Made by a program: the position numbers and the translations under genes. The notes beneath the pieces are model-generated. The model searched no databases. It was not told where the DNA came from and saw only the letters and a program-made list of their open reading frames with translations. From NCBI RefSeq assembly GCF_009914755.1, contig NC_060935.1: 64,000 bases of DNA. One strand, 5' to 3'. Within the stretch, counting starts at the first letter, position 1. Every line of letters starts with the position of its first letter. This DNA is from the human T2T-CHM13v2.0 reference genome, Homo sapiens. Positions 41,075-55,770 of the stretch are shown piece by piece.

Positions 41075-41627
41075 GCCGTGGAGCCTTAGGGCGCCCCCTG
41101 ACGCCTACTGCCTGTCCTGGACCAAATGATTATGGGGCCCCACACCCACAGCCTTCAAGCCCTGCCCCACCCAGTTCCATCACTATTCTCTTTATTCTTC
41201 TCCCTGCTATGGGCCCCACCCTTTCCCCAGTTGTATTCCAGTCCAGTGCAGGGAAGGCAAGGCCTCAAGTTGTCTGCAGTGTCTTTGAGTTATGGAAGTC
41301 AGTTTACCATAATTCCTTATATCCTATCCTTCTTCCTCAGAAAATTGCAGAATACCAATTTCCCACCTTTTCTACCCTTCATCTCTCTAGTCTCTCTCTT
41401 TATAAAGCCCCTTTCATTTGTTAACATATCTAGCTTAGTCTCCATGTTCTCTTACTTCAGACTGTCTATCTATTGTTAGGGTTCTCAATTCCACCACCTC
41501 ATTGTTGTTCCTTCACAGCTTCTAGTTGGGCTGACCCAACTGTCTGCCTTCTTCCCATCTATCTATACCAGATGAAGTGAGGAGAAGCTTGAAGATGGCT
41601 GGAATACATATTTGTGACCCCAGATCT

Positions 41628-41958
<331 letters not shown>

Positions 41959-42149
41959 GTGACCCCCAATTTAAACTGGGTCCTCAAAGCTGCTTAAGAC
42001 TTTTATGTTGCACCAGCTTTTTTTGTGCTCTGCAGTATTCCCTTCAAATTGTCTTCTATTAAAATCTCTGAATCCACCAACACTCAGGCACTTCCAGTAG
42101 AAGTGGGACAATCCGTGCTTCACACTCTGATGCTGGTGAACATGTATAG

Positions 42150-43030
42150 AGCTTACTATGCTCAGCACTGTTACATGAATTTATATGTGTTAACTGATCA
42201 AGTCTTTAGACCACTCAAGGTGGGTAAGGGCATGATTATAATCACTGGGAAACAAGGCGCTAGCATGTTAAATTGCTTTCTTGAAGTTACGCTATTAGTA
42301 AGAGGGTGAGCTGGAATTTAAATCCAGGGTTGGCCCTTAGATCATGTGCTCCTAATTATGTGCTATGCTACCATTGCTTTTGAAGCCCTCACTGGGGCTA
42401 CCTCAATACCACCTAAAATCCTATAACCTTGTCAATATCCACATTATCCTTTTCCCTGTAACCCTGTCGAAATGGAAAAAAAAATTGGTATCCCTTCTGT
42501 TGCCTCAAATAAATCTATCCATTTGCATTTGCATGCCATTTCCCTCCTAGGAGCCTCCTCAGATCTAGCTCTACAGATTGTTCCTCTCCTTGTTAACTTC
42601 TCTATATTGCCTCTTTCCTTTAAACATTTCATTACTGTAAGTTCAAATCTCCCCCTCTCCAAACTAATAAAGGAAACTCCTTAGAACAACAACCAATTGT
42701 ATCTATTGCCCATCCCCTCTATATAAAGTAAATATTCATGAGAGTGGTCTGTACCTCTGCCTCTTCTTTATGTTCAGTGTAAGATTTGGCTTACTGAAAC
42801 CTGTTTCAACTCCCACTGTTCCACTGGTGCTTTTCTCAAAATGGTTAATCAAATGATCTTTCTCCTGAATTCAATGGACAGTTTCTATCATATGATTTTT
42901 GTATCACGTTAGAAACTGCTGAAAAGTCTTTCTGATGAGTTAGGCTTAGAAAAAGTAAACAGTTTTGCCCAACTGTAATGTTCAAAATCATTATCCATGC
43001 TCTTCTTGAAACTCCCCTCTGGGAGCAATA
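42150..43030. mobile_element. MIR and L2 fragments
   Basis: gagctggaatttaaatccagg (MIR-like); pyrimidine-rich L2-like tract ending cttcttgaaactccc. Confidence 0.5.
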
Positions 43031-44264
43031 AGTTGCAGAAAAATCATATAAACTTCCCCATTATCACAAACCAGGAATTGACTTGACACACTATAGAAAA
43101 TGTTTTGAATGCTACTGTCACATATCATGCCAAGTCCTATGCATACAAAATGAATAAATTATTGCCCTCAAAGGCAGTCAGATAGATTAGCAAAAACAAA
43201 AAGGTAGAAAATGTATAGTGAGCTTCAATAATAATACATGTTGTGTTGTACAGACATTTGGGAGCCCCTAATGCTCTCTGAAGACAGGCCCAAATAGCCT
43301 TCTCAGTGGAGTGGAGTAGCCAGAGTTTACCAGGTAGCTAAAGAGAGTGCATTTATGACAGAGGTGCAGCATGTCCAAATGGCAGTGTGTACAGATAAGT
43401 AACATGGGTTTGATGAATGTGTAACTGTTGTCATCACGTTTTACTCATCACATCTCTTTGCTTTTCCTCCTACCATATTTTGTATGGAAAAAAGTCAAAA
43501 GGGTTAGCAGGAATCAGGCACCATAAGGCTGCATAAAAGAATATTCCAGAGTCACATGTCTGAGACTTATTAGGAAGTTGGTAGTGCAACCCATAAGAGC
43601 CCAAATCCTATTGTAACTACTTGAAAACTCTTGTGACCCTGGCCAATTAATTATCATGCGTGATCCTCAATTACTTTCTCTGTATCTATAAAATGAGAAT
43701 GATAATATCCAACAATATAGGGTTGTTATAATCATTATAAATAATATAAATAAGGAATTGGATCCAGTATCTGTTAGGTAGTGGTCATCGATCATGGTAG
43801 TTATGATTATATTTTACTATGGATTACATTGTAAGATTCTCCAAATGAAAAGAACCTTAGATATCATTCAGCCCAGTCTCCCACTGAATTGCCACTAAAT
43901 GATGATATTGCCAAGGGGGTTACCGCTAAATGAAGACACTGCCTTCCCTTGGCAATATCTTCATTTAATGGCAATTCAGCTTGTTTTGATTAAATCAATG
44001 ATGGAAAATTCAATCCAACCCATTCAATTTTTTGACACCTCTAATTATTGAAACTTTCTCACCTACATTGATTTGAAATATGTTACTCTATTATCCTAGT
44101 TATATTCTCAAAGTCCTCACTCAATAAATTCATTCTTTTCTACCTGATGACAGGGCTGGGGAAGAGGCTGGGATAGTCAGAGTTTGAAAGTTTGGAGGAG
44201 CAGCCCCATAAACTAGGAACCAGACCTCTGAGGAGGGGAACACTGCCAATCTGAGCTAGTGGAT

Positions 44265-44316
44265 GGAGGGTAGTGGCGGAGGGAGGTGGCGGAGGGTAGT
44301 GGCGGAGGGAGGTGGG
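44265..44316 (+). repeat. 13-bp G-rich minisatellite, 4 copies
   Basis: GGAGGGTAGTGGC and GGAGGGAGGTGGC units alternate. Confidence 0.85.
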
Positions 44317-44785
44317 GGGTGGTCCTTCAGAGCTGGGGAATAGAGATTTCTTAGAAGCAGGCAGTATCTGGCAGGTGTTGGTATGATAAGGAAGAATGAT
44401 AAAACCAATTCTGGGAATGTGGAAAGATCTTGGAAACTGGGAAGAACTGCTGCTAGAAACATTTGCTACTGCAAAGTCAAGTTTTATTGCTAGGATGGCA
44501 ACATAATAAACAAACAAACAAATAAACAAACAAACAAGATCCTAACCCCTCCACTTGCCTTCCAGTCTCCTTCCAGTGCCACTTATTGGATACACCTTCC
44601 AGGACTCCAGTTGGCTAAATTTTCAGCTCTTTATCTCTAAAGAGAAATAAAATATGAACAGTTCCAACCCTGCCTTCACAAAGTAGAATATGAAAGAATG
44701 GATTTACATTTGAAAGACAACAGCTTAGTAAGTGGCACCAACCATCAGGTCCTAAACCACAAGCATTCCTTCAATGATACCTGTG

Positions 44786-45506
<721 letters not shown>

Positions 45507-45616
45507 TTCTTAGAATGGTTTCTATTCTCCCCACCTTCCATTGATAACCTTTATTATACTATAGTCAGCCAGTGTCCCACACAGGACAGAAATCTCAAAA
45601 TTTTGATCAGGCCAAG

Positions 45617-46079
45617 TGTGATAGTTAACTTTATGAGTCAACTTGCCTGGGCCACAGAGTGCCCAGATAGTTGGTCAAACATTATTTGGAGTGTGGCTGT
45701 GAGGATGCTTTAAAATGTGATTGATATTTGAATCTGTAGGTTAAAGCAGAATGTCCTCCATATTATGGGGGAGTTTTATCCAATCAGCTGAAGTCCTGAA
45801 TAGAAAGAAAGGGTGGCCCTCTTCCAATTAAGAGATAATTCTCCTGCTTGATGACTTTTGAACTGGAACACAAGCTCTTTCTGATTGTAAAGCAGCCTGC
45901 CTGCTTTCAGATTCAAACTGGAGCATAGGCTCTTTTGGACTTACCTCTGTCTCTGATTAGAGACATAAACAAATCCCTTAGGTAATAAATCCCTTTATAT
46001 ATAAAACAGGATACATATATATCTTTTAGTAGAATATATCCTATTGGTTCTATTTCTGTAGACAACTCTGACTAATACA
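45617..46079 (+). mobile_element. MLT2 (ERVL) solo LTR
   Basis: tgtgatagttaactttatgagtcaacttg...cctattggttctatttct...gactaataca. Confidence 0.85.
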
Positions 46080-46593
46080 CAAAGTAAAAACTGTAAGGGG
46101 AAAGAGTATTTTAACTCCCTGATTCCATACAGTTTATTTGCATAAACATTACATTTTCAAAAAATGAGTACAGTTAAACTGTAAAATGAATTGTGAAAAG
46201 TTGTGACTATTAAATGTAAGCAAAGGCAGAATTCTTGTTTGTGCATGTTTGATATAGAGTTGTGATTCAAAGTAAACTCCAGAAAAACCACCATCTCAAA
46301 ATGCTTATAATTTTATGTAAAAATAAACAGGTAAACAAGCCACCTATTTCCCTACGTTAATTAGGTATCGAGTTTAAATAAGTTTGGGAAATTCTAGGTC
46401 AAACAAAATTAAACAAATATTTTTGTGTAGAACTTTTCAGAACTTATAGTATGTTAAAGTGGTTATGAATTTTCAGAAGGGTATATATTATACAGTGTTT
46501 CCTCAATTTACTTGCTTGTGTGACTCCCTGGCAGTATGCCTTATATAATCTCTAACTTATATGTGGAGGATTCTATATTAAAGATGGCAGTTA

Positions 46594-47563
46594 TGATAGT
46601 GACAGGAGGCAGCCAAATGCCTAGGCAGAGAGTGGTGGGTATCTGGTGAAGCACATCCAAGCCAAAGACAGTTTGAAGCCCAAAAGCCAACCTACAAGTT
46701 AAGTTCTTGGACTAGATTGAGAACTTGTCTTTAAGTTTGGAGTGCTTTCCTCAATTAATCCCTACCCTTCACCTATTTTACATATACCTACCCTTTCCTA
46801 ATTGGTTTTCTTCACTGTCATGCTCACCTTTGAGTGGTGTCTTTGCTTTAACCTTTTTGCATACTCACAAACCAATCAGCAGGCACTCCCCATCCTGTGC
46901 CTATAAAGACTCCAGACTCAGTCAAGAGAAGGACACAGCCTGACTTCAGGGAAGAGATGGCCTGACTTTGGGGAAAAGAGATGGCATGACTTAGGGGAAG
47001 AGACAACCTGACTTTGGGGAAGATGACCTGCCCTTCCTATTCCCTCTCCAGCTCCCCTCACTGCTGAGAGCTTTTTTCATCTGTCAGTAAAATTCTCCAC
47101 CATCACCATCCTTCAACCATCCATGTGACCTCATTCTTCTTGGATACTGGGCAAGAGCCTGGGACCCACTGAGTGTGGAAAACCAGAAAGGCTATCACAC
47201 TGGCCCTTTGCCCTCACTAGCGGAGGGCAGCCACCCCATGCAAAAAGGCAAGGGGCCAACTGAGTTGCTAACACACAGCCATCTGCGGACAGCAGAACTA
47301 AAGGAGTGCTGTACCACCCTCTCTGGAATTTCAGGGTCACAAGCACCTTCACCTGGGCACCACTGCATTCCCCTCATGGCAACATTCTTGATCTGGCCAT
47401 GGGCCTCGCACGGAGCTTGCTCCTGTGTTGGTGCCTTGAGCCGGTCAGATCCCACTCACTTGCTCATGAGCTCCCTCCTGCAGGGGGTTGAGCATGGCAG
47501 GCCGAGTAGACAGGGTGCCCCTTCTGCGAGTCTGGCAAAGTGACTCAGAAAAATCCTGCATCA
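46594..47563 (+). mobile_element. ERV1 solo LTR (LTR27/LTR28-like)
   Basis: TG...CA termini, 4-bp TSD gtta, CCAAT ~46872, TATA cctataaag ~46900, internal cctgactt..ggg repeats. Confidence 0.85.
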
Positions 47564-48771
47564 GTTATGTCTGAAAATTACATGGAATTTTATATTACTT
47601 TAAATATTGTCTTTTATGTCATTAACTACACCAAGAATTTGGAATATTAATATTTAAATCTGATTTTCTCACATCTGATTATTTTTCTCATTTTCTGTCT
47701 AAGCAATATATGCTAATTTTTATTTTATATCTTAAGTGCTATTTCATAATTCAAGTAAGATTAGTTTATTAAGATGTTGCTGTACTTCAGCTGCTGTTTT
47801 TATTATTTTTCTCTGGGTGCTTGATACATATATACTGATGAAATTAGTTAAAGTAGCATTGCACTAATAAATGCTATATCTATATCCTGTAAAACAAGAA
47901 TTAGCCGAGTCTCCACACAATTTTTGTTAGTTTAAATATTAACTTAATATTAATTTCTTAACTTTTTTTGTAGATAAAATAATTTGAAGTGTGTGTCTCT
48001 TCATTTTTCTTTTCTTTCACTCCCAATATTTTAAAACTTGGTTATTTGGCAACCAAATTTATAGAAACATCAAATGTCTTATTTACATTTTAAGAAAAAA
48101 AAGTTTGTCATGTTTGTTTGATGCTTCCATAATTAGATTGTACATTTGTAAGTTTATACAAATACAGTGTAAGTTCTTAAAAAGTAATTTGTAAGGCTTT
48201 TCACATAAATGAAACCACTTGAGCAGAAATACAAATGGAATATCAACACTGATCTATCTTGTACCATTCACTGATTTTATGTTTTATTAGTTTGTTTTCT
48301 GGGTTTCCAGTGGGCCATGGAATCCATTTAGGAATATTAATAGAATTTCACTTATTTAGTTTGATTTCAATATAACTGTTTATCCTACAATCTACAGCTG
48401 TTTTTCAAAGTAAATGAGAGAATTGTGAGTAATTCAGATCTGTAGTATTGTCCTGTGACTTTCTTCTTGAAAACAAAGTTTGAGGGGGTTTAATTTTTTT
48501 ATGGTCCTATGATTCTCTAAACACTGGAAATTTTTCTTATAATTAAAGTCTATTATCTTTCCCTACAAAATGTTATTTTTCCTCTTAGTAAATGGGATGT
48601 TGAGAGATACATGACTCTTTCTTTTTGGCCATCCTTTCATTCTGTAATATCTACTGAGCGTCCTATTATTCCAAGCTCTGTATTTTGTGCTTGAGTTTTA
48701 GTACTGAACAAGGCAGATATGGTTGCTTATGATTGCTATATGAATGGGTCTCATGTAAAATAATACCAGTA

Positions 48772-48936
48772 CAGGGCTGGCTCCATGGCATATGGCCTGT
48801 GCAGTCACACAAGGCTTTGTACAAAGAAGAGTTAATATGATTTTCCTGCAGCCTTTTGATAAAATTCTTAATTTTTGAACAAGTGGTTCTGCATTTTTAT
48901 TTGGTGCTAGAACCTGCAAATTATGTAGGTGGTCTT
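48772..48936. mobile_element. MER53 DNA transposon
   Basis: cagggctggctccatgg...cctgtgcagtcacaca...gcaaattatgtag. Confidence 0.7.
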
Positions 48937-48963
48937 AAATCTACACCACAAAGTTTGTGAAAA

Positions 48964-49045
48964 ATCTATCATCTATCTGTCTGTCTGTCTATCTACCTAT
49001 CTATCTATCTATCTTCTATCTACCTATCTATCTCCATCATCTCTT
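48964..49045. repeat. Degenerate (TCTA)n repeat
   Basis: Visible run. Confidence 0.8.
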
Positions 49046-49584
49046 TATCACCTGGCACATTGTAACATTTAATGTTCTTTTTTACTATTGTTGCCATTGT
49101 AAGGAATATATGGTGGATTTTTTCCTTTTCCATACCTGTACAGTTAACTTGTGAAATCTTGGTTATAGGATTTTTAATTTGTCTGTATTAAGTTGCATCT
49201 TTTTAGATATAACTTATCACTCTATGTTGTCAAGAGTCATTTTTATTAATCTCTGCAACAAAATGCCTCCATATCAGTGAACTAGTTCAGCATGTCATCA
49301 TCCAGATTTGTGATGCAAACCTTGCATAGAACAGCACTGAGAAGCATGCTCTGTAGCACAGCACAGAAAGCTTCCTTTCATGTTGATCATTATTGATTTG
49401 CCAATACCTTTTGATAGAATTGTTTACTTAGTTCCCATTCACCCAAATTTGCAATTAACTAGTTCTTACTACATCAATTTCATTTGAATCTGTATCATAA
49501 AATACTTTTTCAAATGTATTGCTAAAATATAGACACAATTTGGCTACTAGTCCCTGTTGAAGATTGTTCAGTAATTTCTCCCTA

Positions 49585-49943
<359 letters not shown>

Positions 49944-50032
49944 AGAAATCAATGAAAACCAATGAAGGAGTCACACCAGGGTAGAGGGACAGCATTTTTG
50001 TCGGACTTCCCTAAATTTATGTTATGGGTTAG

Positions 50033-50480
50033 TGTATTCGTTTCCTATTGCCACTGTAACAAGTCACCACACTTGGTTACTAAAAACAACAGAAATGTAT
50101 CATCTCACAGTTCTGGAGGTTGAAAGTCTGAGATTAATATACCAGCATGGCTTTGCTCCCTACAGACTCTAGGGGTTTTTTGACTCGTCCAGTTTCTGGT
50201 GGCTGTCTTGTCTTGAGGCTATGTCACTCCAGTTGCTGTTTCTATCTTCACATGTACCCTTCCTCTGTGTGTATCTAATCTCCCTCTTTGCTTCCTTCTT
50301 ATAGAGACAGTTATGATAGCATTTAGGGCCCACCCAGATAATCCAGGATAGTCTCCTCATCTCAAAACCCTTAATCACATCTGCAAATACCCATTTTCCA
50401 AATTAGGTAACTTTCATAGGTTCCAGGGATTAGAGATAGGAGGTGGACACACATTTGGAGCCATTATCAGCATATCAGAT
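50033..50480 (-). mobile_element. MLT1 MaLR solo LTR
   Basis: tgtattcgtttcctattgccactgtaacaa...ctcacagttctggagg...gggcccacccagataatccaggata. Confidence 0.85.
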
Positions 50481-50760
50481 TTAGCATTGCATTTTAGTTT
50501 TGAATTCTATGCAGAAAGCATATCACATTTTCCATCTTTAGGGCTATGATTTGTCTTAACCTGTTCCAGGATAGGGGCTAATTTCACCTGCTTCCCTTTT
50601 GCCCCAAAAAGACCTACTTATTCTTTCTGCTGCCTGGAGCTATACCTTCTTACAGCTTTGGCACAAAGTTAGGGCCATGCTTAATGTGTCACTAGGTCAT
50701 TGGGCCATTGCAAGGAAAACAGTTAACCAGGAGCTGCAGTTTGAATGTTAAAAATAGCAA

Positions 50761-51028
50761 TTGTTGTCGAGGCTGATCTCGAACTCCTGGACTCAAGTGA
50801 TCCAGGAGTTCGAGATCGGCCTGGGCAACAAAGTAAGACCCTCTCATCTCAGCAAAAAATTAACCAGGCATTGTGGCGTGGACCAGTAGTCCACTACTTG
50901 GGAGACAGAACTGGGAGGATCACTGGACCCCCAGGAAAGTTGAGGTTGCAGTGAGCTGTGATCATGCCACTGAACTCCAGCCTGGGTAACAGAGAGAACT
51001 TCTGTCTCAAAAAAAAAAAAAAAAAAAA
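50761..51028 (+). mobile_element. AluJ-like element with an inverted (fold-back) 5' end
   Basis: 50761-50803 is antisense Alu; 50801 onward is sense Alu with a poly-A tail. Confidence 0.88.
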
Positions 51029-52407
51029 GCAACAAATGGCCTCTTTTGCTGTTAAATGCCATATGGGAATTTGGGAATTTGTCTTTGACAATTTTTTAAT
51101 GCACTTTTAATCACATATCCTTTTTGGTATGACTGTTATATGTCAACGTTTCTGGTCTCTGAATTCCTTTTAGACTAATGGATATGTAGAGGCTGGGTAT
51201 AGGCACAAGCTGGCAGAGGTGAGATGCTGGCGGATGATGGTGCCTCATAAATTATGGGTCTTGGTAGATGAACAGAAACTAAGGCCAGAAGTCCTAAGTC
51301 GGCTGCCAGAAAGGATAAGACAGAACAAGTATGTTCAGTAGAGACAGTAAGGGGCCTGGACTAGAGAGATTCCACAAAGTCCAGGAAATTAGAAGTGGGT
51401 ATTTCCCTTTTCTTATATTAGCATTATATTAATGTATGAGTTATGAATGTATGAGAGGAGGGATAAAAGGGAAATCAGAGAGAGTTCACAAGAAATGGTT
51501 TTATAGGCCAGGAGGGACCATTTACGGGCCATCTTTGCATTAGCCTTCAGTCATGAGAGACTGATGGGTGAAATCTAGCAGTTGAAGAAGAAAAGTTTAA
51601 ATGATTAAAAACGGAGCTAAGAGTTGAGATTAGAAAAGGGAAATAAATAGCTGAGAGATCCCAAACCTGTGGTGATTGCTGTTTTTCTCACTGCCTCTCT
51701 CCTTTCCTTCCTCTACCCATCTCTCCAACTTCGTGAGTTTAAGGAACTATTATGCCCACCCATTTAAATTTTCTCCTGTTATTTTGAACTTGATCTACAT
51801 TTTCAGCTTCGTTACCTTTGCTGACTCCATGTCTGACCCAAGATAAGGTTGAGTTATTACTCTAAGTTATTTCACAGAAGAGAGTTGCTTCATGTCAGGT
51901 CCCTTATGAAGTCTCTATTTCAGGGCTCTTCCTCAATTATTTTATTTTGGAAAATAAAGTTTTGTGTTTTTTTTTTTGTTTAGGAAAACACATTAGTTGG
52001 AAATGGAAGTAATGAATGCTAGCTTTTAATATTTATTAGTGTCACCTAGCTGAATCAATAAAAACACAAGTCAAGAAAAAGTTACTAATTATCTCTTGGG
52101 ATAAAACTTTACCTTTTAGAGTTCTGAAAGTAATTATAAGCAAGTCTTTTAAAGATCACTTTCAAAGCTAATAGAATAAATAAATGGCTACGCTTTGGAG
52201 ATCCTAAATACACACCTAAAGGACAGATAAAAATGAACAACTATTCTAATGTAATGTGAAAGAATGTCAAGGCTTTGGATAAATTCCCTGTAACACGTAA
52301 CGGCATCAAACTAGAACTTAAAAAGTGCTGTATTTGAAGACACTGAGATGGGAGTGAAAGGATAAGGCTTTGAAAATCACTATATGATGCAAAAACTTGT
52401 TGTAGCG

Positions 52408-52449
<42 letters not shown>

Positions 52450-52715
52450 TGAGACAGAGTTTCACTCTGTGGCCCAGGCTGTAGTGTGTGGCAACATCTC
52501 GGCTCACTGCCACCTCTGCCTCCTGGGTTCAAGGGATTCTTGTAATTGGGATTACAGCTGTGTGCCACCAGGCCTGGCTAATTTTTGTATTTTTAGTACA
52601 GATGGAGTTTCGCCATTTTGGCCAGGCTGGTCTTGAACTCCTGGCCTCAAGTGGTCTGCCTGCCTCAGCCTCCCAAAGTGCTGGGATTACAGGTGTGAGC
52701 CACCATGCCCAGCCT
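52408..52715 (-). mobile_element. Alu with (TTA)n tail
   Basis: Run of about 14 TTA units, then reverse Alu body. Confidence 0.93.
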
Positions 52716-55529
52716 CCAGCGACAATTATGACAGTAATGTTAAACACACATATGAAGAAGTTGAACACAACTGTTTAAAGAAATGTGGGCATGAAAATAA
52801 GTAATATTTCTAAACTTATGTAGGACATTTATAAATACTATTTATAAAACATGGGTTTAAACATAGATGTGTAATAAATTAATAAATTATTACAAGTAGA
52901 AACTTAGCTATTTTAGCTACATCTCTGAAAGTTTAAAGAGTCAAACTGACAACAAATTTTTGTGATATTTGCACCCCAAATAGTTTATTTTTCTCATAGT
53001 TGGAATGTTTTAACTTTCTGTCACCCTGTATCAAAGTAAATAAAAATTTTTGGGAAAGACTGAAAGCACAGTTTCTTTCTAGAAAGGACCCAAGTGTACT
53101 ATCACTCATCAAACACGTACAAGAATCCAAAGGCTAATATAAAACATTTTCTCACGCTTTCCAATCTCTGCCCTAACTCACCTTCTCCTGCATGCAATCA
53201 GCCTAGAGAAACATATTGGAGCCTGCTCTTCCTGGTTTCTCATTTGTGTTCTGATTTATGGAAGTCAAGGTTACAGAATCGTTTGGTCCTGCTTCATACT
53301 GAAAGGCAGATCCTCACACATAAAAGTATCAACAAAAAAATACATTTTTTTTTTTTTTTGCTAATGGTGATTAACTTTCATAGCAAAACAAATGATTCTC
53401 TCCCCATGAAGAGTGATCTTCAGAGCGATAGAAAAATTTCTTCTTGCCTAATTTTGATCTGAAGAAATCTTTCAAAAGTGATGATAATGTCATATTTGCT
53501 CCTGGAAATGATATAAATCTAAAGAGGAAATACTGGTGATTATTTAGCTGGAGTGACAATTAACTCCCTACTGAGAAAAATAATCCTGAATTTTAGTACC
53601 TAATACTAATTTTTGGACAACCATCAGAGCAAAGGTGAAATGAGTGATTAATAGTCGCACTTTATAATTGTTGAGTACTTAACTTTTAATCTAGATAAGG
53701 TGTGGCTAAAAGGATCATTATTGGATGCATCTTTATTAGATAGCATGCATTTTTAGAAATTGTATATTGAAAGTACCTTGATGTTAGGATCAGTAGTACT
53801 CAAGACTTAGAGTCTGTATGGCAAGTCATAGCTTCCTGTTACTCTCCATTTTCCTCTAGGTTTATACTGTATGTGTATGAGTTTACAGGAGAATAAAGGG
53901 ACTCATTTGAAGCCACTTCTTATTTTGCGGTCTTCAGTTTATTTAGCTAATTAGATTATACTTATTAGAAAAAAACCACAATGCAATGTATTTTTAGAAC
54001 AAAAATTAATTTTCAGCTAAGTTTTAGTAATGAAGAAAGCTCCTCTTGCAGTACTTATAATTCTTAAAATCTCAAATCAAGGGAAAGCTGGGATGATAAC
54101 AGGGTGAGTGTACTAAAACTGTCGTTGTGTATAATAGCAAATAATTGTATTCAAGTTCACAGAGATAACAAATCTCTTCCTTTATGTATTCTCTAGTTTT
54201 GATTGTTGTATAATTTTCTACAGTAAGTTGCTATTTTGAGGACAAAAGTGAAAATAGATGATATAGAATGGAAGATTGGAAATTTATCCAAAGAACATAC
54301 ATAAATATTTATTAAGAAAAAAAGTAACCTTATTAAGATATGCTTATTTTTACTGAAGACATTTTTAAAGACATTTGATTTTGTCTTATTCTAGGTATTT
54401 AATTAAGTCATCTTTGAAAACTGCATTACATATTTAATATCACAGAAATAAATACAAATTGCTCTTCTGATACTTATACAATCACAGGAACACTAACAGT
54501 TGGATTAGCATCCTAAATAAGATATTTTTCAGATAGCAAGAACTGAAAAACTTGTGTGAGAAATTATTTCCTCTTATATTGACAGAATGACTTCCTTTTT
54601 CTTACAAAGAGAAAAAATGTAAGTGGAATATTATTTCATACAAAGGATTTTCTTTCAAGCACCTATTATATGACAAATATGGATGTTAGCAATCATTATA
54701 CTGATACTTTAACTTAACTTGCTTTGTCATAACAGTGAGTTACAGTTCTGTATGAAATTATAAAATCCTTGGAAAACTCTCCCTACCTGGTTTTGCGTGT
54801 TAGAACGGACACATGGAAACAGATTACTCTGGCAAACACGTTTACCTTTATTGAACATATAACATATTTAAGGAACACTTTCTGGGTGCATGGATTCATT
54901 TGTTGAACAATATGGCAGGTTAAATGTCGTGATCTTTGATATTTGTATAGCACATTTATAAACCATATTAAATTTGAGAAAAGGTAATGTGTGTACGATT
55001 ACCTTAACTTTTATAATTGAGTAAAGAAATAAAGCTCAGAGAACTTAGGAGAATAAGGTCATTCCATTCAACATATATTAATTCAATAAATATTTTTGGA
55101 GTACTGTATTAGTCAATAAGTACTATAGGTATTAGTACTATATTAATCAGTAAGTAATTTTGGAGAGCTATGTTAGCACTCCCTTAGTTGCAAGAGCAGA
55201 AACACTTATGAAAGCAACAAACTGGAAAGACTATTATTTTGTTTTGATAATGGGTTAAAAACAGAAGGAAATTTTGTTCAAATAATAACTATTCATCTTA
55301 GTATTAGCTTTATTCCCTCTGTATGCTGGCCTTATTTTGTCCTACTACTAATAGTTTTCTCTGCAGATGAGGGAGGCTTCTCATATCCACCTTCATTCTG
55401 CTAGGCTGCCATCCTTCTTCACAACTTAACCTAAAGAGAGTCCTCCTTGCCAGCTGCAATGGAGCATCCTGACTGGCATTTATTAGTAGCTAAAATATTA
55501 TTGAAAATGCATTTAAAAGGCTCATATTA

Positions 55530-55770
55530 AGTTCCAGTATTCAATAGTACTGTAAATAAATTACACTTAACAATTATTTATTGTATAATTCAAAATAGTT
55601 AGAAGAGAAGAATTGTGATGTTGCCAACACAAAGATAAATGTTTGATGTGATAGATATCCCAGTTACCCTGACTTGATAATTACACATCGTATAACTATA
55701 TCAAAATATCACAGGTAACTCCAAATTATGCACAGCTATAATATAACAATGAAAACACAAAAAGGAAATC
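55530..55770 (+). mobile_element. L1MA-type 3' end fragment
   Basis: aaagataaatgtttga...agttaccctgacttgataattacaca. Confidence 0.7.

Noticed and set aside
41075-41125. 5' UTR similarity between CCDC179 and SVIP (shared gcagt..gcg.c and gtcaggg words)
   Set aside because: Too short and gapped to distinguish from chance, so not counted as paralogy evidence.
46939-47025. Repeat-spacer-like array resembling CRISPR
   Set aside because: Short degenerate tandem repeats internal to an ERV1 LTR in eukaryotic DNA; no unique spacers or cas genes.
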